DNA of 64,000 nucleotides from Octopus sinensis (lineage: Eukaryota). The stretch spans positions 12,226,464 to 12,290,463 of the forward strand of contig NC_043011.1 in NCBI RefSeq assembly GCF_006345805.1. Direction: 5' to 3'. Below are positions 51,642 through 63,352 of the stretch, one piece after another (the stretch's first letter is position 1; each line of letters opens with the position of its first letter). The translations under genes were made by a program, and so were the position numbers. The notes under the pieces were generated by a model. The model was not told the DNA's origin and searched no databases. It saw only the letters and a program-made list of their open reading frames with translations.

Positions 51642-51847
51642 TTTACTCCTTTACTTGTTTCAGTCTTTTGACTGTGGCCATGCTGGAGCACCGTCTTTAG
51701 TCGAGCAAATCAACTCCAGGACTTATTCTTTGTAAGCCTAGTACTTATTTTATCGGTTCTCTTTTGCTGAACTGCTAAGTTACGGGGACATAAACACACC
51801 GGCATCGGTTGTCAAGTGATGTTGGGGGGACAAACACAGACACACAA

Positions 51848-51900
<53 letters not shown>

Positions 51901-52061
51901 CGACGGGCTTCTTTCAGTTTCCGTCTGCCAAATCTACTCACAAGGCTTTGGTTGGCCCGAGGCTGTAGTAGAAGACACTTGCCCAAGGGGCCACACAGTG
52001 GGACTGAACCCGGAACCGTGTGGTTCATAAGCAAGCTACTTACCACACAGCCACTCCTACA
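51642..52061 (-). mobile_element. SINE family A
   Basis: Consensus match. Confidence 0.85.
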
Positions 52062-52392
52062 CCACAATGTGAACAAAAGTTTGTTCACATTTTCCCACTG
52101 GTGTAGCAATGGTCTTCTTTAGATTCCTGTTTACAACTGCTTTCTTGGCAGGGAAAAGTTTGCATTTATTGATTATAGTAGACTCACTCGAGCAAAGAAA
52201 CTAATTTTGGCAGGAAAAAAACTGATTACATGTGATTTTGCGGACATCATACAGAAATATTGTTTTCCATTAAGCTCACATTTAAAACAATAAGCTAGCC
52301 GTAGGTTAGACTAGTCATGTAAATTCTAGCAGAAATTTGACTATATCAGTGGTTCCCAACCTGGACCCCTGGTGGTCTGCAAAGGTAGTACT

Positions 52393-52699
52393 AGTTAGTT
52401 GTTCCTTCTCGAGCCATGCCTGGTTCATAAGGGCCAGTTTCCTGGTTTTTTGGCGTATAGGTTCCCCACCTGGACGGGACACCGGTCCATCGCAGGTGAG
52501 CTGCAAGATGCAGGAGGAAAGAGTGAGAGAAAGTTGTGGCGAAAGAGTAAGCAGAAGTTTTGCCATTATCTTCTGCTAGAGCCGCTTGGAGCTTAGGTGT
52601 TTTCGCTCATAAACACACACCTCGCCCGGTCTGAGATTCAAACCTGCAATCCCTCGACCGCGAATCCACTGCTCTAACCACAAGGCCATGTGCCTCCAC
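52393..52699 (-). mobile_element. SINE family C, alternative-tail subfamily, nested in the hAT MITE
   Basis: TSD aaag(g/a)tagtact (52381-92, 52701-12). Confidence 0.85.
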
Positions 52700-52749
52700 T
52701 AAAGATAGTACTGGGGGTCCATGAACTAAATTCAAAATTTCATATATGT

Positions 52750-52831
52750 ACTAGGTGCTCTTTATGTGGCATCAACACCAGTGCTTTTTACATGTTGTAG
52801 TGGGCAGGTCTTCTTGAGTACAGCAATGAGC

Positions 52832-52864
<33 letters not shown>

Positions 52865-53112
52865 CATCATCATTTAACGTCTGCTTTCCATGCTAGCATG
52901 GGTTGGACGATTTGACTGAGGTCTGGTGAACCTGACTCCAATCTGATCTGGCAGAGTTTCTACAGCTGGATGCCCTTCCTAACACCAACCACTCCGAGAA
53001 TGTAGTGGGTGCTTTTACGTACCACTGGCATGAGGGCCAGTTTGGAGGTACTGGCAATGACCATGCCCAAATGGTGCTTTTTACATGCCACTTGCACAGG
53101 AGCCAGTCTAGT

Positions 53113-53117
<5 letters not shown>
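52750..53117 (-). mobile_element. RTE 3'-UTR-derived copies nested in the hAT MITE
   Basis: Consensus match at 52864-53117; fragment 52750-52830 matches 54065-54150. Confidence 0.7.
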
Positions 53118-53144
<27 letters not shown>

Positions 53145-53148
<4 letters not shown>

Positions 53149-53644
53149 CGCATATTTGCCATTTGAATATGGCTAACCCATAAGGGTGGATGCTACTGTA
53201 GTTTGTAGCCCCAGGAAGATATCTCCTCCAGCTGGCTATAGACACACTATCTGTGTCCTCTCAGTATTTGTGAAGGGGAGTCATCCTCCCCGTCTTCAAC
53301 ACATGATATGCACGTACCCGAGTTTCAAATTGTTTACCTTTCATCAGCGTGTGACAATCATGGTTGTCGACGAGAAGTCAGATTCCTTCACAAATACATA
53401 TACTTTTTCCAGTGTCGATTGACACTGATATTGAAAAAGTGAAATCAAACAATGATAAATCTCAGAGCGAGTTATAAACAGTAGCGGTAACACAGATAGT
53501 GTGTCTATAGCCAGCTGGAGGAGATATCTTCCTGGGGCTACAAACCACAGTAGCATCCACCCTTATGGGTTAGCCATATTCAAATGGCAAATATGCGTCA
53601 CGATGTGTTACCGCTACTGTTTATAACTCGCTCTGAGATTTATC

Positions 53645-53647
<3 letters not shown>
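53145..53647. mobile_element. Rearranged inverted-repeat element enclosing a hammerhead motif
   Basis: About 112-bp near-perfect inverted repeat 53145-53256 vs 53490-53601; second inverted repeat 53451-53493 vs 53605-53647; 13-bp inverted repeat 53264-53276 vs 53385-53397 brackets the ribozyme. Confidence 0.7.
53311..53351 (-). ncRNA. Minimal type I hammerhead ribozyme motif, intact core, sense to the PDE4 pre-mRNA
   Basis: Minus strand CACG-CUGAUGA-aagguaaacaauuu-GAAAC-UCGG-GUA|CGUG; stem I CACG/CGUG; stem III ACUCGGGU self-complementary with G.U pairs; stem II weak (about 3 bp). Confidence 0.7.
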
Positions 53648-53687
<40 letters not shown>

Positions 53688-54219
53688 AGAAGAAAATGGA
53701 GGGGATCCAGAGATAGTATGCATCAACTGTTATACATTATATAATGTCTATTGCATATTAAAAGGGGTTCATGGGGAAACTCATTTAAATAAAAGGGCTG
53801 GAAACCTCTGTTGGGAACCACTGAAAAGGTTGGGAACCATTGGACTATATAATTGCAAGCCACATTTCCACTGCTAAATAACAATAAATCACATATATAT
53901 CATCATCATCATCATCATTTAATGTCCGTTTTCCATGTTGGTATGGATTGGACAGCCTTGACTGGAGCTGGCAAGGCCAGGGGCCACACCAGGTTTCATA
54001 ACCTGTTTTGGCTTGGTTTCTACAGCTGGATGTCCTTCCTAATGCCAACCACTTTACGGTGTGTACTGGGTGCTTTTTACGTGGCATCAACACCAGTGTT
54101 TTTTATATGTTGTGGTGGGCAGGTCTTCTTGGAGTGCAGCAATAAGCCACATATCTCGGTCCTCTGTCATCTCCTTCACAAAGCTCAGTGTTTTGAGATC
54201 AGCCTTCAATACTTTATCC

Positions 54220-54923
54220 TGTAGTGACGCTACTGTGGAAATTTCAGCACGCATGTGCAGAATTGGATTACTTCTGGTAGGCCGCCAGAAGTTCCCTCAT
54301 GCGCATGCACAGGAACTGCAACCTGAAAGCATCCCCGTTAAAATCAGTCTTTTTTGGAAGAGCAGCCCTAATGAGCGGACGTGGCTAAGACTTCTCTCAG
54401 GGAAAACCCTACGCACAGAGAAGCTCTCTTCAAAGCGGGAACGGAGACTGTATCTTCTTGGCTCACTCGAGTGAATATTTGTGTACAGTCCTGTGAACTT
54501 TGGCTGCCGGTTCGCCCTTACGGCGAGCTGGCAGAACCGTTAGCACATCGGGCGAAATGCGTAGCTGTATTTCGTCTGCCGTTACGTTCTGGGTTCAAAT
54601 TTCGCCGAGGTCGACTTTGCCTTTCATCCTTTCGTGGTCGATAAATTAAGTACCAGTTACACACTGGAGTCGATGTAATCGACTTAATCCGTTTGTCTGT
54701 CGTTGTTTGTCCCCTCTGTGTTTAGCCCCTTGTGGGTAGTAAAGAAATAGGTTCGCCCTTACAAAATATATATGTATATATTTCACCTGTGAACCCAAAG
54801 AATAAACTACTATTTATTGTTATTGAAGACAGCTGGATTTTTGGTTCTTTTCTTCAACAATTGTATGTGACAAGATAAGACCTGACACCCCTCAAGTGTT
54901 CCTGAGACCCTCATCTTGTTACA
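54220..54923 (+). mobile_element. Solo LTR (Gypsy-like) inserted in an RTE LINE and itself carrying a SINE
   Basis: TGTA...TACA termini; 4-bp TSD ATCC (54216-19, 54924-27); AATAAA at 54801; RTE sequence is continuous when it is removed. Confidence 0.75.
54522..54749 (+). mobile_element. SINE family B inside the solo LTR
   Basis: 13-bp TSD GGTTCGCCCTTAC (54509-21, 54750-62). Confidence 0.9.
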
Positions 54924-55285
54924 ATCCCATGTCTTTCTGGATCTCCCTCTTCCACAGTTTCCCTCCACTTTAAGTGGTCAGAACTCCTTTATGCAACTAT
55001 TCTTGACCCTCTGCATCACATGACCAAACCGGTGCAGTCTCCTCTCTTGCACACTGCATATAATTCCTCTTATGCCTAACTTTTCTTTCAATACACTAGA
55101 GTTCTGTCAAACATGTACACTGACATTGCACATCCAGAAGAGCATACAAGTGTTGTTCCTCTCTACTCTTTGCATGTCTTCTGCATTCAGGGCTGACGTC
55201 TCTACCATGTAGCATTGCATCTCATATATGTGCATCATACACTCTTCCTTTCACTCAGGGAGAGAGAGAGAGAGATCTTCTTTGG

Positions 55286-55319
<34 letters not shown>

Positions 55320-55323
<4 letters not shown>

Positions 55324-55627
55324 TCGTGACCGTGACTGACCAGGCTATCAGATGTTGCTACACATCGCTGGTCACAATGCGCTCTGCATTGTTTTAGCCT
55401 TCAAATGATGCCACCCTGCTATCTAAGCGGGCAGGCCAACAGAAGAAAGAGTGAGAGAAAGTTGTGGTGAAAGAGTACAGCAGGGATCCCCACCACCCCC
55501 TGATGGAGCCTCGTGGAGCTTTAGGTGTTTTCGCTCAATAAACACTCACAACGTCTGGTCTGCGAATCGAAACCGTGATCCTACGGCCGCGAGTCCGCTG
55601 CCCTAACCACTGGGCCATTGCACCCAC
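55320..55627 (-). mobile_element. SINE family C
   Basis: Same head and tail as 15965-16268. Confidence 0.85.
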
Positions 55628-55632
55628 CCCAT

Positions 55633-55704
<72 letters not shown>

Positions 55705-56179
55705 GCATATATATACGTATATATATATATATAAACACACACATACCCAGACATGATACTAGCACCCTTTTCTGTTTCTTTCTTGCTACCTCGCTAAACC
55801 CAAGTGTAAGAAACTGACAAAGGAACCTCTATGTAGACATTTGACCAACTAGAAATATCAAACAAGCACCCTTTCAAATTTCACCCTATCGCCTTAAAGA
55901 CAATAAGAACATATTGGACAGTATAATCGTTGAATATACAAGAAGACAGTGGCTACAGCTGGAATGCATTTGAACACAGGTCTGCTCAACCAGGGTTGAT
56001 TTGGGGTTAAATAAATGAGAAGAACCTGTATCTGTCACAGTTCTCATGCCACTACTACCACTAGCACCACCACCACCATTACCACCACATTCATTTTTTT
56101 AAAACTATACTTTTTAATGCAAGCACTGAAAGGTCCTAATATTAATTTCTGTAATATCTTGTCATGGTGTACAATATTC

Positions 56180-56605
56180 GGATCTTTTCGGTTTGAACGG
56201 CAGTTTTAACATAATTTCTAGGTAACTAAAAAATTTTAAACTTCGTATACTGGTAGAATGTGTTTATAAAACATCTTTTTCTCTTGGCTTTATTGAGAAA
56301 ATTCTATAGTTTGTAAGATATTTGTTGTTTTTTTCTTCAATTTCTGCAATTTCAACCAATCAATGATATCCATTGAGGTAAAAGACATTCTGTGCCGTAT
56401 GAATATGTCCCTTGTTTAAGAAACAGATTGGGTTTATTTACATTTGTGAAGAAAAAAAAGATACTCTTCCCCCCACCCCTAACCCTAACTAACCCTAACC
56501 TTAAAACAGATTGAAATGCAATAGATCGATACTAGGGTCATAATTATGGGTGACAATTTCATATGACACCGCTAGAAAAAACTGCCGTTCAAACCGAAAA
56601 GATCC
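56180..56605. mobile_element. Merlin-like MITE, second copy
   Basis: Same TIR; 8-bp TSD CAATATTC (56172-79, 56606-13). Confidence 0.8.
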
Positions 56606-57879
56606 CAATATTCTCACACTTGACTTCCCCATTTCCTCCCTTACAATTTTCGATCTAATTCTTTGATGTCTCAACCTGTAGTAACCCTTCACATCACAGG
56701 TCCAAACAACATACTATATATCTTATAACTTTAGATGATTTTTAGATTTGTGTTAAACATAGACTATCATACTGCTCCTCACACAAATTATTACTGCATG
56801 TGGGAGTGTGCTGTGTGGTTTTCAGTTCAGTAAAAGCATTATATAACAGGAACAAAAGATTTGTGGGTTATGCCCAATTGTTTGACTAAATATTTGCATG
56901 CTATACGATGACTGTTGAACTAAAACTGACCTAGAGCTACACAACAACAATGGAATGCATGTCACCATAATTACACCAACTCACAACAAGTCAATTAGTG
57001 GTGTTAGCCACTACACACATTTTTCTCTCCTTTTTTCTCTTCTTTTTTTTTTTCTGTGTCCCTTTCTGTATAGGAGCGTAGACTCGAAATGTAAAAGACT
57101 TTTTCTATTCCTGAGCGTTATACTAATACATCTCTTTGTTTTGTACACCACCTGTCTTCGTCTTTTGTTGTTTTTTTCGTAAACTCTCCTTATATATAAA
57201 TTCTACTCTGACTATCCTGTCCATTACTCTGAAAGTATTCCTTCTTAATGAAGAATTATAATCACTTTGATTTTCAAGGGTATTTTTTCTGAGAAAATAG
57301 GGGTCACACTATGTGACTCTAAGTAAATTCTATCCATGTCTCTATTTAATTAACCCATTTGCCTCCAATATTTCTAAAGTAATTGAGATGATCAGTGAAC
57401 CTCAGTGAACCTCTAAATGAATGGCTCCAAGCTTGATTCACAGGGATCCATTTTCCTGTTTCCAGCACTTTTACCTTCACTTCCATTATATTAAAATTTT
57501 TTAAAAAATCAACTTTAAAAAGTCAAAGTTTAAAATTAAAAGTATTCTGTTTCTCTACTATCTGTGCATGACTGTTTTATATTTCTCTGTATATTTATAC
57601 ATAAACTGGACTGTATTAGTGCTACATTAATGAATGTCAGGCCATCAACTATAACTGTATTATTTAACAAGCGCTTTATTATTATAAAACATTGAATCTA
57701 ATTCCTCTTGAAAGTATTGTATGGAATGCGGGTGGGGAGTTATAACAAAAATTAATTACTTAAAGAGATAAATTCATAACTGATGATATAAGAGTAAATC
57801 TATGAACCAAAATCATTTTGATAACTAAGTTAAGGCATGTTACAAAATTGTTACAAAGATAAATAAAGAGCATATTTAC

Positions 57880-57979
57880 TTGTATTGACTAAATATTGAT
57901 TTGTCACACCCGGATGGTCAACATCATGAATAGTACAGGCAAATATTGCCGCCAACACTTCAAGATCAGTGAATACATT
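57880..57979 (-). CDS. PDE4: PDE4 coding exon with HDxDH motif (not in ORF track)
   Basis: gattccag|AAT ... ACAA|gtaaat; 100 nt, phase 0 to 1; [33 protein letters not shown]. Confidence 0.97.
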
Positions 57980-58229
57980 CTGGAATCAAGAAGATATTGA
58001 TACAGAATTATACTATGATATTAAATATTAGTAACAACATATAAACTACATAATAAAAATTTCTAAAATGAGTGTATAGTACTTTAGGATGGAGATAGTA
58101 AATGGAATTGTCCCAGTCAAGTTTGAACTCATAATGTAAAGGAATTTAACTCCAAAGTGGTATCAAAATGTTCCCAGACTAGTTATGCCAACAGATGGCA
58201 GCACAATGAAAGCTAATAGTGACTTCATG

Positions 58230-58980
58230 AAGCAGTGTGCCAAGTGATATCACAGGGATTACATTTCAAGTAGTGAAATTTGTGATTTTGTGATCACATG
58301 TATGCTGTAGTCTGCGATTTTTGTCATGGACAGGAAGTTGGAACAAAGAGCCAACATGAAACTTTGCTTTTAAACTTGAGGAGTCTGCTACAGAGACATT
58401 GAGCATGTTTTGGCAAGCTTACAGTGACAAGGCAATGGGTTGTATGTAATGTTTCGAGTGACGTGGGTGCATGACAGAGCTGCAGCTTAGTCAAGAGCAT
58501 GCTCATTGATGATTTTTGACATCCACAGTATTGTGCACCAAGAATTCCCCCACCCAGGACCAGACCATCAATCAAGAGTTCTACTGCAATGTTTTGAAGC
58601 ATTTGAGGGAAGGCATTTGATGAAAGCGATTGGATCTGTGGAGTGCAAAGAACTGAATTCTTTATAATGACAATGCAATCTGTCACCAAGCTCTCCTCAT
58701 TCTTGAGTTTCTCACCAAAAACATGGTATCACTTCTGTACCCACTCTTTTCACCAGATTTAGTGCCTTTGCACTTCCATCTCTTCTCCAAGATGAAAATA
58801 CAGCTCAAAGGTCACCATTTGAGGTCACTGTTGTTGAGATCTAGGGTGAATTACAGAAGGTCCTCAACTCACAGAAAACAACTTCCAGGCCAGTTTCCAA
58901 AAGTGGCAGGAATGCTGGAATGGTGTATTGCTGCACAAGGTGACTGTTTTGAAGGAAATGATGCTAAAACTTTGGTAGAT
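58230..58980 (+). mobile_element. Decayed, internally deleted mariner (DD34D)
   Basis: MDRKLEQRANMKLCFKL, DIHSIVHQEF..QTINQEFYCNVLKHLREGI, degenerate NDNA and SPDL(V)P motifs. Confidence 0.75.
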
Positions 58981-58982
58981 AA

Positions 58983-58984
<2 letters not shown>

Positions 58985-59024
<40 letters not shown>

Positions 59025-59150
59025 TTAACGTTCATTCTCCATGGGTTGGACGGTTCAACTGGTATCTGGGAAGCCAGAAGGCTGCACCAGGCTCCAGTCT
59101 GATCTGGCAGTGTTTCAACAGCTGGATGCCCTTCCTAACACCAGGATGCC
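58985..59150 (-). mobile_element. Short RTE 3'-end copy with long (GAT)n tail
   Basis: (cat)n ttaacgttcattctccatgggttggacgg... Confidence 0.75.
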
Positions 59151-59760
59151 CTTATTCTTTTTAAATATAACTATTCCAGGAACTTTTTGATACCACCTCA
59201 TAAATACTGCAATACTCCAGAAATCAATTCTGCCACTCTACAACTGCATAATGCTGATGATGATTATGACAGCAACAATAGTAATAAAGATAGTTTCTAT
59301 TTTAGGCACAAGACTAGTAACTATTATGGGAGGAAGTTAGTTGAATACATAGATCTGAGTACTTGACTGGTACTTTATTTGATCCAAAAGTGTGATAGAT
59401 AAAGTTGACCTTAGTCCATTGTAGTTAATGATGATGATGACAAAAAGGGAATAAAGGAGAGAGAACAATAGAAATTGTAAAAAGATTAAAATCTAAACCA
59501 GAAAAAAAAGGTAGGTTTTAGTTTTGATAATAATTTTTATTTTTTAATTTATTTTTATAAATGTTTCATATTGTATTTTCATGAATTATCTGAACATATT
59601 ATTTGATTGCTCAATCCATTTTTAAATGCCAGGTAATTATAAGCCAGGAATATTTATTTTCAGCAGAATTGACTAGATGATAAAATTATACATTAGTTGA
59701 GGTAACCTAACAAGTTAACTATTCATCCAAAACATGAATTATTTATAAAAATATATTTAC

Positions 59761-59925
59761 CTCCAAAGCCGATACTGACAGTAAAACATGAGTTGATTGT
59801 GTAACGTCAGCTGCATGCATAGCATTATGGTAAGGAACATCACGGTGGTAATGGTCTTCTAGATGCATCAAGTAGGTTACAACTGTTTGGGCAGGAATTT
59901 GGAAGGTTTTCAGCAGATTTCTCTC
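59761..59925 (-). CDS. PDE4: PDE4 coding exon with HNxxH metal-binding motif (not in ORF track)
   Basis: tttacag|GAG ... GAG|gtaaat; 165 nt; [55 protein letters not shown]. Confidence 0.97.
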
Positions 59926-59993
59926 CTGTAAATTATTCAGATAGTGAAATTTATTTTGTCTTCAGTTCAACACTGATTAATAATTATTGTTAA

Positions 59994-60511
59994 CTAGCAG
60001 TATCGCCCGGCGTTGCTCGGGTTTGTAAGGGAAATAACTATATAAGCATTTTTAGAGAGTTATAGCCAAAAAATAGCCAAAAAAATGCATTAAAAATGGG
60101 AAAATAATGATGGTAAATTTTTTAAAAAATCGTTGACTCATCGTAGACATTTTTAGAGAGTTAGAGAGTTTTAGAGAGTTACTTCCCTTATATAATAGCG
60201 AAAAATGCATTAAAATGGAAAAAAATGATGGTAAATTTTTTTAAAAATCGTTGACTCATCGTAGACATTTTTAGAGAGTTACTTCCCTTATATAATAGCA
60301 AAAAAAATGCATTAAAATGGAAAAAAATGATGGTAAATTTTTTTTTAAATCGTAGACTCATCGTAGACGCGTGCTAATACTCAGAAGGGCTCAATATGAA
60401 TCACGTCTATAAGATACCCGGTTTTGGTTAAACTGCACCGCAAAATGTGGGAGTAGTTAGGAATCTAAATCGTAGGAGACAGACACACAACCTCTCTTTT
60501 ATATATAAAGA
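59994..60511 (-). mobile_element. Non-autonomous Helitron (family 1) with about 3 internal ~120-bp tandem units
   Basis: Same termini and hairpin as 11075-11469; lies about 70 bp upstream of the acceptor of PDE4 exon 59761-59925. Confidence 0.8.
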
Positions 60512-60642
60512 TTAGGCAATATAGTTTAAATAGAATTTAAATAGAGGTGCATCATATGAAATTAAACTGAATTACAACAGAAGCTTCAAAGCTTCAGTTA
60601 CTAATTTTAAGAGCTAAATAAAGTATAAATTTGATTACAGAC

Positions 60643-60741
60643 CTGTAATATAGTATATGTAACACAAGTCAAAGGTCGATTGTTAGAATATTCTGAAATC
60701 TTAAACACGTCGATTCCCCACTTGTCAATATCTGCCAAATG
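60643..60741 (-). CDS. PDE4: PDE4 coding exon (not in ORF track)
   Basis: tctctag|CAT ... CAG|gtctgt; 99 nt, phase 0-0; HLADIDKWGIDVFKISEYSNNRPLTCVTYTILQ. Confidence 0.96.
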
Positions 60742-61719
60742 CTAGAGAATGAGAAGAAAAGGTAGTCATAGATGAATTTATAAATTGTTCATTTGAGATT
60801 AACATAATGTACAAAATATACAAAGAAACATCTTTAATCCTGTGCAATCAAGAGTCATGCTAATGTGAAAATACAGCCCCTATCTTGAAACGATTTCGGA
60901 AAAACTTTCCACCCCAACCTGAATCAACAGATCCCCAACATCTTATTATGAAGCAAAGTGTAACAGCAATATTGAAACTGGATGTAATAAGCTACTATCC
61001 ATATTAAATACATCTGCTTTGTTCTTTGGTCCCAAGTATAATTAGAACAGCTGACATATTTATCACTACTAGTCTCTTGAGTTGCTCTCAATCAGAGCAT
61101 ACTAAACTGCTTATGACACCTAAGGCCTTAAACCTGTGGACAATTGATTAGTCCAAAATAAATGGTATGACGTCCAGTGCCATAAATCCTGAAAAGTTTT
61201 GTCCATTCACTTGACCAGCATCAACTGGTGTCTTTTAGTTTTGCCTCCCAAAACAACACTAATGAAAAGCTGAATGCTACACTCTTAACGTTAACTGATA
61301 CCAGCTGGACTATGATTGAGTCTAGACTGGTATTTCATTCAGGCTTGGATTTCACTTTGCCAGGATCACCAAAAATTTGTATTATTGACTGTGATACACT
61401 AAATGCCCTAAAACTTGCTTGTATTAAAGAGTATAAAATATTCCTTACTATTAATTTAAAACAAATCCCATCTTCATCAATTTAATAAACTGGGTTAAAT
61501 TGCAGGAGAATGCAATTTTTTAATTAATATTTAATTAATTTTTTAATTAAGCCTGGTGCTTGAACTGAATAAAATGTTTCTTTTTTTAAAGCTTATAAAT
61601 TTATGTAATTCTCATAACTGATACACTTTACATTATTTTGAACATTTTTTAATCTCTCTTTTCTTTCTTTCTTTCTTTCTTTCTTACTAGATTTTCTTAA
61701 TCAAATTGTAATTGACTTT

Positions 61720-62131
61720 TGGCTGTGTGGTAAGTAGCTTGCTTACCAACCACATGGTTCCGGGTTCAGTCCCACTGCGTGGCATCTTGGGCAAGTGTCT
61801 TCTGCTATAGCCTCGGGCCGACCAGAGCCTTGTGAGTGGATTTGGTAGATGGAAACTGAAAGAAGCCTGTCGGATATATGTATATATATATATGTATGTG
61901 TGTGTATATGTTTGTGTGTCTGTGTTTGTCCCCCTAGCATTGCTTGACAACCGATGCTGGTGTGTTTACGTCCCCGTCACTTAGTGGTTCGGCAAAAGAG
62001 ACCGATAGAATAAGTACTGGGCTTACAAAGAATAAGTCCCAGGGTCGATTTGCTCGACTAAAGGCGATGCTCCAGCATGGCCGCAGTCAAATGACTGAAA
62101 CAAGTAAAAGAGTAAAAGAGTAAAAGAGTAA
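61720..62131 (+). mobile_element. SINE family A ending about 30 bp from a PDE4 splice donor
   Basis: Consensus match; tail ends 62131, donor at 62163-64. Confidence 0.85.
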
Positions 62132-62164
62132 TCCTATTTCAAAGAACAAAAAAGAAGGAAGTAC

Positions 62165-62364
62165 CTTCCCAAGTTCTTCTCTGTGAGGCGTCTCCACTCC
62201 ATGTTTTGGAACAACACCAGTGAAGCTGTTAGTATGCTTCAGTTTCCGTACTCCAGAAATCTGACACATTGGTCGGTTCTTGTCCTTTTGAAATATATCT
62301 TTGTTTCCTGGTCTATCTGTGTCTTCTACCTTTAGTGTTGGCACATCTAATTCCTGTTGTTTAT
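62165..62364 (-). CDS. PDE4: PDE4 coding exon (end of UCR2/LR2 linker into catalytic N-terminus); first PDE4 exon in the window, gene continues beyond 64000
   Basis: Acceptor tttcag, donor AAG|gtac; 200 nt, phase 1 to 0; DKQQELDVPTLKVEDTDRPGNKDIFQKDKNRPMCQISGVRKLKHTNSFTGVVPKHGVETPHREELGK matches the PDE4/dunce DKQ..RPMSQISGV..HTNSF region. Confidence 0.95.
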
Positions 62365-62946
62365 CTGAAATAAAACAGGTTGACATTAGTTAGATATGTT
62401 GAAGCTTCGAAGCATCAAATTTTATAGTTAAATATCTTTTTTTTTTACAGGAACTGCTCCTTAAAAAGGGAAATATACTTTAGTTGCAGACTAAAATCCA
62501 CAAGTTTTCATGGCAAACCTATATTCTACATGGTACTGCTCATCATCCTCAAACAGCATTACAAAGTAAATTAAAGAAACTTAAGGAGTCAATCCAAAGT
62601 TAAAATCACAAATTCTAAGATATTATTCTTCATATCTGCCTTAGTTTATAAAAAAAATATAAGGAGATATGAAGGAAGAGAATCATAAGTTTTGGTTCAT
62701 AAATTCAACATCTATTTTGAGTAGTGTGCTTTATTGCAACTAAAACGGATTTAAAATGATGAAACAGGTGTAAAATCTAAAACAAAACAAAAAAAGAGTG
62801 CAAAAAAGATAGTAAAAGCTAAGATCATTATTAAGATAATATAAAGTATTTCCAGAAACAATGCTAATGATTTTCTTAGATTTATTTTAAACTTCAAGCA
62901 AATTTATGTCAATTGTTAATGATGATGATGATGATGATGATAATAA

Positions 62947-63155
62947 TACTTTCTACTATAGGCACAAGGCCTGAAACTTTGGGTTAAGGGGCTAGTTGAT
63001 TACAGTGACCCCAGTGCGTTACTAGTACTTGTTTCATTGACCCCCATGAAGGCAAAGGTGACCTCAGTGGAATTTGAACTAAGAACAAGGATGGATGAAA
63101 TCCTGCTAAGCATTTTCCCTGGTGAGCTAATGATTCTGCCAGTTCACCACCTTAA
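62947..63155 (-). mobile_element. Older SINE B-related copy (similar remnants at 32285-32445, 38350-38570, 59290-59415)
   Basis: gaccccagtg..tacttgttt..gaaggcaaag.tgacctc..gaatttgaact..ctgccag. Confidence 0.6.
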
Positions 63156-63195
63156 TAATAATAGTAGTAGTAGTCGTAGTAGTAGTAGTAGTAAC

Positions 63196-63248
<53 letters not shown>

Positions 63249-63321
63249 GGAGAAGAAGAAGAAGAAGAAGAAGAAGAAGAAGAAGAAGAAGAAGAAGAAG
63301 AAGAAGAAGAAGAAGAAGAAG

Positions 63322-63350
<29 letters not shown>
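63155..63350. repeat. Compound (TAA)(TAG)(TAA)(GAA)n microsatellite
   Basis: Direct reading. Confidence 0.95.

Positions 63351-63352
<2 letters not shown>

Larger units (their letters stand above)
52347..53842. mobile_element. hAT-type MITE inflated by nested insertions
   Basis: TIR cagtggttcccaacct / aggttgggaaccattg; perfect 8-bp TSD GACTATAT (52339-46, 53843-50). Confidence 0.8.
53899..55262 (-). mobile_element. RTE-clade LINE 3' part, split by a solo LTR
   Basis: (GAT)n tail at 53899; C-terminal remnant VLKADLKTLSFVKEMTEDRDMW; homologous to 24750-25150 after removing 54220-54927. Confidence 0.75.

Noticed and set aside
54522-54610. tRNA-like sequences at the SINE heads
   Set aside because: A/B-box-like motifs only; no complete cloverleaf, and they continue directly into the SINE body
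61228-61485. 85-aa plus-strand ORF in a PDE4 intron
   Set aside because: Non-ATG start, no recognisable domain in any frame, no splice support
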